Assembly (NCBI GenBank): GCA_964584035.1
Contig: CAZOYL010000026.1
Span: 1,239 to 24,748, forward strand
Source of the DNA: an uncultured Gemmatimonadota bacterium
GTDB lineage: Bacteria; SM23-81
Direction of reading: 5' to 3'
DNA: 23,510 bases
Within the stretch, counting starts at the first letter, position 1; each line of letters starts with the position of its first letter. The notes under the pieces were generated by a model. The model saw only the letters and a list, made by a program, of their open reading frames with translations. It had not been told where the DNA came from and ran no database searches. A program made the translations under genes and the position numbers. This document shows positions 1 to 11,051 of the stretch, one piece after another.

Positions 1-1
1 C

Positions 2-160
2 CTGGCCCTGGACCGGACCGGCCGGGAGCTGGGCACCGTCATGGTGACCCGCGTTCAAGCGGGCAAGCGGGTGGACCGGACCCCGGTGGTGACCATCGCC
101 GTACCCCGGGAATGGGCCCTGAGCGCCCGCCAGATCAAGCCGATCGAGCCGTCATCCTGA
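2..160 (+). CDS. 3' end (partial) of a probable 4Fe-4S dicluster ferredoxin-like subunit of the proline dehydrogenase/sarcosine oxidase-like operon
   Basis: Not in the ORF track; translated by hand in frame 2: LALDRTGRELGTVMVTRVQAGKRVDRTPVVTIAVPREWALSARQIKPIEPSS-stop (TGA 158-160). The 'ALDR.G...V.....DRT.VVT.AVP.E.A...R.I' pattern matches my recollection of the C-terminal domain of ferredoxin-like proteins that precede BFD-like and DAO-family genes in anaerobes. The Cys motifs would lie outside the window. Confidence 0.6.
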   Translation: MALDRTGRELGTVMVTRVQAGKRVDRTPVVTIAVPREWALSARQIKPIEPSS

Positions 161-2531
<2,371 letters not shown>

Positions 2532-2535
<4 letters not shown>

Positions 2536-3674
2536 AAAAGCAGGCCAGCGCAGTCATCATCGGGGGCGGGGTCAGCGGATGCGGACTGGCCTATTGTCTG
2601 GCCAAACGCGGATTTCGCGATGTGGTTGTGCTGGAACGGGATTACCTGGCCAGTGGAGCGACCGGGCGCTGCGGGGGCGGCATACGGCAGCAGTGGAGCA
2701 CCGAGGATAATACCCGGCTGGCCATGGAGAGCGTTCGGCTCTTCGGGCAGTTGGATGAAGAGCTGGGATACGAGACGGAATTCGCCCAGGGCGGTTATTT
2801 GATATTGGCCTACACCGAGGAAGAGGTCGAGCAGTATCGAAAAAACGTTGCCATGCAGCAGGGGCTGGGCCTGAACGTCCGCTTTGTGGATCCCATGGAG
2901 GCCCGGGAGATCGCGCCCCATCTGAACACCGATGGCGTCCTATGCGCCACCTATTGTCCGGACGACGGCTCGGCCAATCCGTTCTTCGTAACGCAGGCAT
3001 ACGCTGAGGCGGCCAAGCGGCTGGGCGTGGAGATCGAGCTCTATACGCCGGTGACCGAGATCCTGACCAGGGCAGATCGCATTGCCGGCGTGGTCACGCC
3101 CCGCGGCCGGATCGAGACGCCCCTGGTGGTGAATGCCGCCGGCGGTGACTCCGTCCCCCTGGCGAAAATGGCCGGTCTGGATTTGCCCATCGTCCCGACC
3201 AGGCATGAGATCATGGTCACCGAGCCGATCGATCCTTTTTTCACCACCATGGTCATCTCCTTTCAACACGGTGTTTATTTCCGCCAGGAGAGGCGCGGCG
3301 GCATCATCATGGGCTACGGCGATCCCGACGAAAAACCCGGATATGACATCGAATCCAGCCTGATATTTCTGCGCACCATGAGCCGCAAGATTCTCAACCT
3401 GATGCCGGCCCTGCATCAGGTGAAGGTGGTCCGTCAGTGGGCCGGTCTCTATGACAGCACTCCCGATGCGCTGCCGATTCTCGGCCGGGTGGATCAGGTG
3501 GAGGGTTTCATCCAGGTCAACGGATTCAGCGGGCATGGTTTCATGCTGGCGCCCAAGGTGGTCGATCTGCTGGCCCGGTTGATCACCGGGCAGGATCTGG
3601 ACCTGCCCATCGAGCGGCTGCATCTGAACCGCTTTCAGCAAGGCGAGATCGACCGGGATCTCTCGGTGGTCTGA
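2532..3674 (+). CDS. FAD-dependent oxidoreductase, DAO family (sarcosine oxidase beta / L-proline dehydrogenase beta-like)
   Basis: GxGxxG (IIGGGVSG), GATGRCGGGIRQQW, RQWAGLYD.TPD..PILG, GFSGHGFMLAP. ATGA overlap with the upstream gene. Confidence 0.93.
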
Positions 3675-3694
3675 CCGGCGGGGGAGAAACACCG

Positions 3695-4399
3695 ATGAGG
3701 GAAAACAACCGCAGCCGGCTGGTGCTCTTCGATATCGATGGCACCATTCTCTATAGCGGCGGAGCAGGCCGCCGGGCCATGCATAGAGCCCTGCTGAAGG
3801 TGTTTGGAGCGGCCGGTCCGATCAAGGGATTTCCCTTTGCCGGAAAGACGGATCCGCAGATCATCGTCGAGCTGATGACATCGGCCGGATACGCCCCGGG
3901 TCTGATCCGCCAGCGGATGCCTGAATTCTGGGAGCATTACGTGGAATGTCTTGAGGGTGAGCTGACCCGGACCGACGGTCTGGTCGTCTATCCCGGAGTG
4001 GTGGAACTCATCGGGGCTCTTCGGGAGAGCGATGGGACCCTTTTGGGCTTGCAGACCGGCAACATACAGCGAGGAGCGCGGCTCAAGCTGGAGCCCACCG
4101 GACTGAACGGCTCTTTTCCGGTGGGTGCCTTCGGCGATGATTCCCACGATCGCAACGAATTGCCGCGCATCGCCGTACAGAGGGTCCGCCAACAGTTCGG
4201 CAGGGTCTTCCGCGGCCCGGAAGTGATCGTCGTGGGCGATACGCCGGCCGACATCTCCTGTGCCCGGCACTTCGGGGCCAGAGCCGTGGCGGTTGCCACC
4301 GGCTTTCAGGACCGCCAGGATCTGGTCGAGGCCCAGCCGGACGCGCTGTTCGATGATTTCCAGGATACGCAGAAAGTGCTGGAGGTTATTCTCGCATAG
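3695..4399 (+). CDS. HAD-superfamily hydrolase (phosphoglycolate phosphatase-like)
   Basis: Motif I LFDIDGT, motif II (TGN), GAFGDD, motif IV VGDTPAD. GGGGAG Shine-Dalgarno upstream. Confidence 0.93.
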   Translation: MRENNRSRLVLFDIDGTILYSGGAGRRAMHRALLKVFGAAGPIKGFPFAGKTDPQIIVELMTSAGYAPGLIRQRMPEFWEHYVECLEGELTRTDGLVVYPGVVELIGALRESDGTLLGLQTGNIQRGARLKLEPTGLNGSFPVGAFGDDSHDRNELPRIAVQRVRQQFGRVFRGPEVIVVGDTPADISCARHFGARAVAVATGFQDRQDLVEAQPDALFDDFQDTQKVLEVILA

Positions 4400-4465
4400 A
4401 AACCATATTCAGGGGGAATGACAGCAGGGCGGACCGGATGATCAAGGTCTGCTCACGTATATCAT

Positions 4466-4499
4466 AAGAATGGCTCAGCCAACCAGCTGAGCCATTCTT
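4466..4499. terminator. Probable bidirectional terminator hairpin between convergent genes
   Basis: Perfect 14-bp inverted repeat AAGAATGGCTCAGC-caacca-GCTGAGCCATTCTT between the HAD gene (+) and the LiaF-like gene (-), with AT-rich flanks. Confidence 0.8.
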
Positions 4500-4528
4500 C
4501 ATTATGGGTTATTTCTGAGAACACGAAA

Positions 4529-5239
4529 TCAGTTCTTTATCTCCACGCTTCCGAACATGGCGAAGGCGTTGATATGCAGGGAAGCGCCGGAGGTCTTTCC
4601 CTCAGCGGGCCTGGAAATGCGTTTATCATCGATGCCTCCGAAGATGGGACTTCCGGTCACCCACACATCCCAGGTTTCCGGAACCCAGATCTCGATGCCT
4701 CCGAACAGGGCCGTGATATCCAGGGCCTGCTCTCCTTCGGCCAACCGTGCCCGCCGAAGATCGATCTCGATGCCTCCGAACAGGGCCGTTGCCTTGCCCC
4801 CCTTAAACTGTGAAGAGCTGACCTGGCGTTCGGCGCCTCCGAAGAGAGCCCACGCATCCAGAACGTCGACATCCTCGCCCTCGGTGGCACGCAGGGTTTC
4901 GCTGAGATGCCGGGTGGGCCGCAGCAGGACCCAGGCACCGATAAGGATCAGGAGAACGGGCCAGAGGCGGAACAGATGGCTCCAGGTGATGGCGTTCAGG
5001 GTGGCCAGCAGGCATACGGCACCGATGGCTATAAGAAGAAAGCCCGAGCTCAGGCTCTGAGCTCCCCAGATAAGCAGTTTCCAAAATCCCAGAAGAATGA
5101 TCAGCAGCGGCCACCAGCGGCTCAGGAAAGGGCCAAGTTCCAGCACCTGCAGGTTATCCAGCAGAATGAACAGTCCGATGGCGACCAGGAGTGCCCCGAT
5201 GACCAGACGGTGACGGCTCTGTCCCCGCGTCTGCGCCAT
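4529..5239 (-). CDS. LiaF/LiaI-like cell-envelope stress membrane protein (N-terminal DUF5668-type TM region, C-terminal DUF2154-like domain)
   Basis: Four hydrophobic segments with two 'WP.L.I.LG' motifs, then repeated (A/P)(L/I)FGG motifs ending AMFGSVEIKN. AAGGAG Shine-Dalgarno upstream. Confidence 0.88.
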   Translation of the reverse strand: MAQTRGQSRHRLVIGALLVAIGLFILLDNLQVLELGPFLSRWWPLLIILLGFWKLLIWGAQSLSSGFLLIAIGAVCLLATLNAITWSHLFRLWPVLLILIGAWVLLRPTRHLSETLRATEGEDVDVLDAWALFGGAERQVSSSQFKGGKATALFGGIEIDLRRARLAEGEQALDITALFGGIEIWVPETWDVWVTGSPIFGGIDDKRISRPAEGKTSGASLHINAFAMFGSVEIKN

Positions 5240-5287
5240 AATCGCTCCTTACCGGGTTGGAGAGAGACATCTCACAGCAGATGATAA

Positions 5288-5316
5288 AATATAATCGGGG
5301 AGCTCCGGAATGTCAA
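5288..5316 (-). promoter_or_regulatory. sigma70-type promoter for the LiaF-like gene
   Basis: Minus strand reads TTGACA (5316-5311), 17-nt spacer, TATATT (5293-5288), about 50 nt upstream of the ATG at 5239. Confidence 0.75.
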
Positions 5317-5382
5317 AACAAATCTTGGCGTCGATGGCGGAATTTGCCTGGCATCGTGGGGATTTCGGAGAGACAGGGGATG

Positions 5383-6621
5383 TTACGCCCGGGCAGGTAT
5401 GGTGTTCCTGGGAGCGGCAGCTTGCTGCTGTGCCATACGCTCAACCAGAAGCAGGGCGTTGATGCATTGGATCGTGGCCGAACTGAGGGTTTGATACCGG
5501 CCGAAATCGCCGTCGCAGGGGAAACAACCCTTGATGCCGCCGCGGAGGCCGGGATCGGTCGAGATTCTGTTCTGGCCTCTTTTCAACGAGGCGATCGTGC
5601 GGTGCGCCGCTGTGAGGTAAGCATTCGTATCGGTGATCTGATAGAGACGGATCCAGATGGAGGCCATTTTACCGTTACCGAACTGGCCGCTCCAGGAGAC
5701 GCCGTCAGACCAATCGGGAAAAAACCGGCCGCAGAGAACCTTGCCAGCCTGTAATCTCTCCAGGAGGACATCGGCCGTCAGCCGGGCCGAATGAACGTAC
5801 TTGGGATTGTCCAGAATGATCCCGCACATCAGAATATTTTCAACGGTCGAGGCCAGGTTCTGCAGCAGGGTCTGATGCGTCGGATCGTGGCCGTTGTTAC
5901 GGAACCATCCATTGGTCTCCTGTAAACTGATGGCCTGATTCAAACAGCGCTCTCCGACGGCGCAACAGTTATACTCCTCCAGGAAAATCCCGGTTTGAAT
6001 GAGCGCCAGACCCACCGAGGATACGCCCAGGGCATCGCCGTAGCCGGCGGCATCGGGCACGTGTCGTCCCGGTTTGGCGGCCTCCTGCTGCAGGCCAATC
6101 AGAAAATCGGCAGCCTTCCGGATGGCGAGAACAGAGCGCTCCGCGCCCGTTTCTCTGGCCATGCGAATCCACCCTAAAATGGCCAAAGCGGTATTGAGCA
6201 CCTCCGATGAGCGCACTTCGTTCAGCGCCCCGCCGCGGATGGCTCCACTGTACATCTGGATCTTGACCAGCCAATCGGCCAGATCGATGGCTCTCTGACG
6301 AAGGTCGATGCGGGACATAGCCTCGGCGCAGTCGAACAGCGTGATGATGGCCTCGGCCGTGGGCTTCGGATGAGCGGGCTGCCATCCTTTTTTCGGACAG
6401 AAGGGATTCCATCCGAAACTGTACCCCCGGGACAGACCTCCATGCGGGAGGATGTCCTGGGCGCGCATCAGCCAATCAAGAGCCTCCAGCAGATGGACCT
6501 GCTCCATGTCCGCTTCGGGATGCCCACCCGCTTTCTCGCATTTTGCTTCTTGCACCGCACTGTGGTTGAATATCTCGGCGGTTCGAAAGCGGCGATAGAG
6601 CTGTTGTGTCATTCTGGCCAA
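5383..6621 (-). CDS. (alpha/alpha)-barrel protein of the prenyltransferase/squalene-oxidase-repeat-like group, divergent
   Basis: 412 aa with repeated 'A.DWL...Q...G' helical-barrel motifs (ALDWLMRAQD, LADWLVKIQMYSG, AADFLIGLQ, SLQETNGWF). TTG start with AGGAG Shine-Dalgarno. The fold assignment is from motif recall. Confidence 0.7.
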   Translation of the reverse strand: MARMTQQLYRRFRTAEIFNHSAVQEAKCEKAGGHPEADMEQVHLLEALDWLMRAQDILPHGGLSRGYSFGWNPFCPKKGWQPAHPKPTAEAIITLFDCAEAMSRIDLRQRAIDLADWLVKIQMYSGAIRGGALNEVRSSEVLNTALAILGWIRMARETGAERSVLAIRKAADFLIGLQQEAAKPGRHVPDAAGYGDALGVSSVGLALIQTGIFLEEYNCCAVGERCLNQAISLQETNGWFRNNGHDPTHQTLLQNLASTVENILMCGIILDNPKYVHSARLTADVLLERLQAGKVLCGRFFPDWSDGVSWSGQFGNGKMASIWIRLYQITDTNAYLTAAHRTIASLKRGQNRISTDPGLRGGIKGCFPCDGDFGRYQTLSSATIQCINALLLVERMAQQQAAAPRNTIPARA

Positions 6622-6747
6622 CCGTTGTTCTCCTACAAGTTATTAGCCGGTAAATTCTTGGATTTTCCATCGAGATCCCCGGATGGGAATCGGATTGGAT
6701 TCGTCTCGAACGCCGGCCTGCCGGTATGTTTTCATCTTTTCCAGCAT

Positions 6748-6763
6748 TGCAAGTATCGTGCCA
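6748..6763 (-). promoter_or_regulatory. sigma54 (RpoN) -24/-12 promoter
   Basis: Minus strand TGGCAC-GATAC-TTGCA matches the TGGCAC-N5-TTGCW consensus exactly. It is intergenic, about 127 nt upstream of the 6621 start and downstream of the 6847-6877 terminator. Confidence 0.8.
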
Positions 6764-6846
6764 TAAATATGAAGAAGTCGTGTTCGTCTCTCGTCCGTTC
6801 GTCGACAGATCGATCGTCAGGAGATGAGTAGCAACAGCCGTGGTGG

Positions 6847-6877
6847 AAAAAAGGGGGGCGAGGATATCCTCGCCCCC
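6847..6877 (-). terminator. Rho-independent terminator of the ECF / anti-sigma / VIT-vWA unit
   Basis: Perfect 24-bp palindrome GGGGGCGAGGATATCCTCGCCCCC (6854-6877), followed on the minus strand by C then TTTTTT (6852-6847). Confidence 0.88.
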
Positions 6878-6933
6878 GGGACGATTCACCGTTCGCACCG
6901 GCGATTGACGGCCTTTTCTTGCAGACTTCTATT

Positions 6934-6968
6934 CACTGCTGATTGCTCACTGCTGGCTGCTGACTGTC
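6934..6968. repeat. Imperfect 7-bp tandem repeat, 5 units
   Basis: cactgct-gattgct-cactgct-ggctgct-gactgtc, immediately after the VIT-vWA stop codon. Confidence 0.7.
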
Positions 6969-6972
6969 CTGG

Positions 6973-9201
6973 CTATGAGTCTTTCAATATCTGGTCCAGT
7001 TCTGCCGGGTCGAATCGCTCAATGCCCTGGTCACCGATCTGGATCGCTCCGCCGGCCAGGCTGACCAGCACCAGGTCGCCCAGCGACAGATAGCGCCCCA
7101 TGCGATCGTGGCTCCGGATGAGCTGAAAGTAGGCCTCGCTGAACCGTTTTACCTCGATGACCGGCTGATCCGGCCGGTAGTCGTTATCGGTCCAGATCCC
7201 CTGTTTCAGATAGAAGGTCTTATCGACCACCCGCTCGACTCCGGTAATCCGGCGCTCCTCTCCGTGCTCGTTGCGGTAGACAACGCCGGGGGCGGCTGCC
7301 TGGGTCTTCAACGCCCCCAGGTCTATGGCCCGGTGAACGGCCGAGGCTCCGGATTTTTTCTCGAAGGCGTCGGCCATCAGCCGTCCGGCTTCCTCGGTCA
7401 TCTCCCGCTCGCTGACCCTGATGTCCAGGTCCACTAAGAAAGAGGTGTATTCGGTCATGATGCCGTATTCCTTGCTCAGGGCGACGATCTCATCCACCAG
7501 CTCCTGGTTTTGTCCATGAAGACGGATCTGATCGAGCAGGTAACCGATCTTGCGGGAGGCCCACAGCCTGGGGATGAAGGCATAGGCCTGCCGGGGCCGG
7601 ACAGCGGTCTCGTAGCTATAATTTCTTTCCTCCCTCCCGGCCTGACCTCTCAGGGTCAGCACGGCCGGGCCGTCGTCCCGGTAACGTCCCAGGATGACGA
7701 TCTGAGAGCCCTTGAACAGGTCGGGAAGATCCCCGGGATAGATCTGGCTGACCCCCATCCGTCCGAAATCCAGCCGCAGGTCGGTGAGCACCGGAGTGGA
7801 TATCTTGCCGTAAAAACGGGACACTTTTACTTCGATGCTCTCATCCGGACGGACATACTCCGAGACGGCGCCGTTCTCCGAAGCCAGCCGGTCCAGGAAG
7901 TGGGTGTTGACGTCGTAGCCCACGCCGAACGCGAAGATGCGGCTCCGGGCATAGTTGCCGGCGATCGCCTTCATCTCTCTTTTGTTTTGGGCCGAATTCT
8001 GGTCGAACGTCATCGACAGGATACGGTCGGGATCGGTCTCGCCCACCGTGGGCAGTCCGTCGGTGAGCAGAACGATCATTCCGGGCTGCGGGCCGGAGCC
8101 CATCTGTCCCAGGGCCTCTCGGAGGGCATCGTGAATATTGGTACCCCCATCGGCCTTTAAATTCTCGAGGAACCGGACGGCCCGCTCGATCTCGTCGGCT
8201 GTGGCCTCCATGGGCCGGGGAGCATATGTTTTCAGGTCGCTGCTGAAGGTCACCAGATTGAAGCGATCGCCGGGATTGAGGCTGTGCAGGCAGAATTTCA
8301 GAGCGTCGGTGGCCTGCCGGATCTTCTCGCCTTTCATGCTTCCGGATGTATCCAGCAGAAACAGGATATCCTTGGCCAGATCCATATCCTCCAGCTCCAC
8401 CCGGGGCGAGATCATAGCCAGGAAGAAGCCCGGTTCATTTCCCTGCCGGTAGGTCATCAAATTCAATCCCAGGTCTTTTTTGGAGACGGTATAGTACAGG
8501 ACCAGGTCCCGGTCGGGGCGGGTACCCTCTTCCGTGTAGGTGATGCGGGCATGGTGGTCGTCCAGCCGGTTCACGGAGATATCGTGAGTGGGGGAGTAGA
8601 TCGACTTGAGGGCTGCCTCCGACCGCAGCTCGATGGTGATGGAGACGTCTCTGATGGGATCTCTGGAAAATTGCTCGGTGTCGAGAGAATAGGTATAGGA
8701 GCACAGGCCGTTATCCATCTCGAGGACCTCGGAGTAGTCCAGCTCGATGCGTTTTTCTCCATTGGCCGGAATGGGATAGACCCGGGCCTGGAAGAGATCG
8801 CGCCCGATGTATTCCAGGATGGCCGGATCCTGCTGGCGGCGGACGATCTCCTCATAGATGCGGCGAGCCTCATCCTTGTCCAGAATGCGGCCGTCCAGTT
8901 TTTCCCGGCCTGCGTACATGGAAAACTTGGAGATGCTGGCCCCCTCGGGGATGGGGAAGATGTAGGTGCCCTCCAGGTCTCTGTGATAGTGATTGATAAA
9001 CACCTGATCCACCTTGGTGACGGCCACCTGATTCTCGATGGATACGTTAACGCGATGATAACCGATTGACAGTGGAGGGACTTTGGGTACACCGGGTGGG
9101 GGAATGGGGATGATGAAACCGTCGGCCCGGGCCGCCTCGGTCAGGGTCAGAAGAACGGTGAGGAGAACGAGGGGAAGAATGAAGAAGAGCTTGCGGAACA
9201 T
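6973..9201 (-). CDS. Secreted VIT + von Willebrand factor A domain protein (inter-alpha-trypsin inhibitor-like)
   Basis: Signal peptide (MFRKLFFILPLVLLTVLLTLTEAARA/DG), VIT domain (V.I.NQVA.T.V.QVF.N...LEGTYIFPIP, EARRIYEEIV..DPAILE), MIDAS DTSGS...GGT...LTDG. Start placed at ATG 9201 because AAGGAGG lies just upstream; the ORF track starts at 9210. Confidence 0.93.
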   Translation of the reverse strand: MFRKLFFILPLVLLTVLLTLTEAARADGFIIPIPPPGVPKVPPLSIGYHRVNVSIENQVAVTKVDQVFINHYHRDLEGTYIFPIPEGASISKFSMYAGREKLDGRILDKDEARRIYEEIVRRQQDPAILEYIGRDLFQARVYPIPANGEKRIELDYSEVLEMDNGLCSYTYSLDTEQFSRDPIRDVSITIELRSEAALKSIYSPTHDISVNRLDDHHARITYTEEGTRPDRDLVLYYTVSKKDLGLNLMTYRQGNEPGFFLAMISPRVELEDMDLAKDILFLLDTSGSMKGEKIRQATDALKFCLHSLNPGDRFNLVTFSSDLKTYAPRPMEATADEIERAVRFLENLKADGGTNIHDALREALGQMGSGPQPGMIVLLTDGLPTVGETDPDRILSMTFDQNSAQNKREMKAIAGNYARSRIFAFGVGYDVNTHFLDRLASENGAVSEYVRPDESIEVKVSRFYGKISTPVLTDLRLDFGRMGVSQIYPGDLPDLFKGSQIVILGRYRDDGPAVLTLRGQAGREERNYSYETAVRPRQAYAFIPRLWASRKIGYLLDQIRLHGQNQELVDEIVALSKEYGIMTEYTSFLVDLDIRVSEREMTEEAGRLMADAFEKKSGASAVHRAIDLGALKTQAAAPGVVYRNEHGEERRITGVERVVDKTFYLKQGIWTDNDYRPDQPVIEVKRFSEAYFQLIRSHDRMGRYLSLGDLVLVSLAGGAIQIGDQGIERFDPAELDQILKDS

Positions 9202-9289
9202 GCTGCCCACCTCCTTTCAGGTTTTGGGGTGCGAAAGGCTCCGGATCTTCTTTGTGGAGTCTTTTCGCCTGCCCCGTTTCCAATGGTGT

Positions 9290-9316
9290 TAACAAATAAG
9301 GCGGGCAAATATTCCC
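9290..9316 (-). promoter_or_regulatory. Putative ECF-sigma promoter upstream of the VIT-vWA gene
   Basis: Minus strand GGGAATATT-N13-TGTTA, with the same upstream element and spacing as the motif at 11052-11078. Confidence 0.55.
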
Positions 9317-10425
9317 TATTTTTTTTGCTGCCGGTCTTCCAGCGCGGAAATTCTGTCCTGAAGGCGTTGCCGGGTGGAATCCTCGGTGGCGAATTCCAGG
9401 GCGGCTCTCTGCACCCGGAGGGCGGCAGAGACGTCATCCGGGTCCGTGCTCGACACGGCCACCTGATACCAGCTTTCGGCCAGCGAGAGATGGGCCGTCG
9501 CCAGGGTGCTCTCGTCCGGTAGAGACGCGATGATCGCCTGCCAATACTGAATCTGGTCTCTCCAATCACGGTCGGCCGCGGAACGGGCCATGACTGCTGT
9601 CTTCAGCTTGTTTTCCCGTTCCTCAGATGCTTCGGTGTCTGCGAGATTTGAATGAACCTCCTCGATCTTTTCTTCGACCGGGAGCCGGTCGGTATCCGGC
9701 GCTGTCCCCGGCGGCGTTTCACCGTGGACGGCCGGCGTCTCGATAGCTTGAGACTTTTCAGCGCTGGTCTCGGAGACCCCCCCGGCCGGGGCGGTCCGGA
9801 TTTCTTTTGCTCTGGCCGTCTCCTCCCCGGGAGTGGTCTTCGCTTCCTTTTCTGCGAGAGTCTCCTCATCCGGAGGAATGCCCATTCCTTTTTTACCGGA
9901 AGCCTCCTCTACCGGAGCGGTCCGGATCCGTTTTTCCCGATCGGCGGTGATGCTGTCCACCGCAAACGACGACCCTTCGGTATCCCTGCCGGCTGGCCGA
10001 ACCTGATCGGTCGGCGGCCTGTCGGCCGGAGATCGTACCGGAACAAGATCATCCTTCTGACCGATGAAAGCCCGCCCGATGACCACCACCAGCACGGCGG
10101 TCGCCACCGCACCGGCCAGACGGAACCAGGGGGCCGGGGGGGCGAACAGACGCTTGATGCGCTTGACAAACCCCACGGGCATCTGCTGGGGCCGATCCCG
10201 GTCGATCCGTTGGCGCACCTTTGGTAAAAACGAGGTCCAGTAATCCTCTCCGGGATCCGGCTGGATCAGCCGGCGGCTGCCGGCCTCGATACGGCCAAGC
10301 AGCTCCAGCTCGGATCGGCAGGCCGAGCATTGCCGGAGGTGTTTATCCACCTTGCGGCGCTCTTCCGGGGTGCATTCACCATCCAGGTAGGGACCCAGCA
10401 GGGTGATGATCTTTCGACAGTTCAT
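9316..10425 (-). CDS. Zinc-finger (zf-HC2/ZAS) transmembrane anti-sigma factor
   Basis: MNC....LL..YLDGE......V..HL..C..C motif, a single TM helix (RLAGAVATAVLVVVIG), a low-complexity E/T/P/A linker and a helical C-terminal domain. Lies 6 nt downstream of the ECF sigma gene. Confidence 0.9.
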   Translation of the reverse strand: MNCRKIITLLGPYLDGECTPEERRKVDKHLRQCSACRSELELLGRIEAGSRRLIQPDPGEDYWTSFLPKVRQRIDRDRPQQMPVGFVKRIKRLFAPPAPWFRLAGAVATAVLVVVIGRAFIGQKDDLVPVRSPADRPPTDQVRPAGRDTEGSSFAVDSITADREKRIRTAPVEEASGKKGMGIPPDEETLAEKEAKTTPGEETARAKEIRTAPAGGVSETSAEKSQAIETPAVHGETPPGTAPDTDRLPVEEKIEEVHSNLADTEASEERENKLKTAVMARSAADRDWRDQIQYWQAIIASLPDESTLATAHLSLAESWYQVAVSSTDPDDVSAALRVQRAALEFATEDSTRQRLQDRISALEDRQQKK

Positions 10426-10431
10426 CGGGAT

Positions 10432-11046
10432 TCACCTCTGTTTCGCTATCGAAACGTCCTTCAATTCTTTCCGTAGACGTGCCCGGGCTCGAGAGAGACG
10501 GGACATCACCGTGCCCGGGGATATCTTCAAAGTGGAGGCGATCTCACGGTAGCTCATCTCCTCATAGACCTTGAGCACCAGGACGGCCTTCTGTTCGGGC
10601 GGCAGGGCTGCGATAGCGTTCTGCAGCCGGCCCATCATCTCGTCACTTTCCAGTGGTGAAGCCGCATCGCAGCGCGTGTCGCCGGTCACCGCCCGGGCGG
10701 CCTCATCGCTCTGCCGGGTTTGAATCTTCAGCCAGCGCTTGCGGCGGCGCAGATGGTTGATGCTCATGTTGATGGCGATGCGGGACAGGAAAGCGATAAA
10801 ACTCCGCTGCTCGTCGAAGCGTTCCATGGCCCGATAGGCGGCCAGGAAGGTTTCCTGGGCCAGATCGTCGGCATCATCATGGCTGCCCGTCATCCGTCTG
10901 GCGATGCCATAGATCCGGCGTTGATGACGGATCACCAGCTGGTCGAACGCCGCCTGCCGGCCTTCCTTGAACTGCCGGATCAGTTGAGCGTCGGAAATGC
11001 CGCCGGATACGGCGGTCTGTTGTTCGGCTGCGGATTTGCCGTCCAT
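10432..11046 (-). CDS. ECF-subfamily RNA polymerase sigma-70 factor
   Basis: Region 2 (AFDQLV.RHQ..IY..A.RM.G..DDADDLAQETFL.AY) and region 4 (LPPEQKAVLVL....MSYREIA.TL.IS.GTVMSRLSRAR). Confidence 0.97.
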   Translation of the reverse strand: MDGKSAAEQQTAVSGGISDAQLIRQFKEGRQAAFDQLVIRHQRRIYGIARRMTGSHDDADDLAQETFLAAYRAMERFDEQRSFIAFLSRIAINMSINHLRRRKRWLKIQTRQSDEAARAVTGDTRCDAASPLESDEMMGRLQNAIAALPPEQKAVLVLKVYEEMSYREIASTLKISPGTVMSRLSRARARLRKELKDVSIAKQR

Positions 11047-11051
11047 AAGAA

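Noticed and set aside
4620..4850. Regularly spaced GCCTCCGAA-containing repeats resembling a mini CRISPR array
   Set aside because: They lie in frame within the LiaF-like CDS and encode its FGG repeats. Only two copies are exact, spacing is irregular overall, and no cas genes are present.
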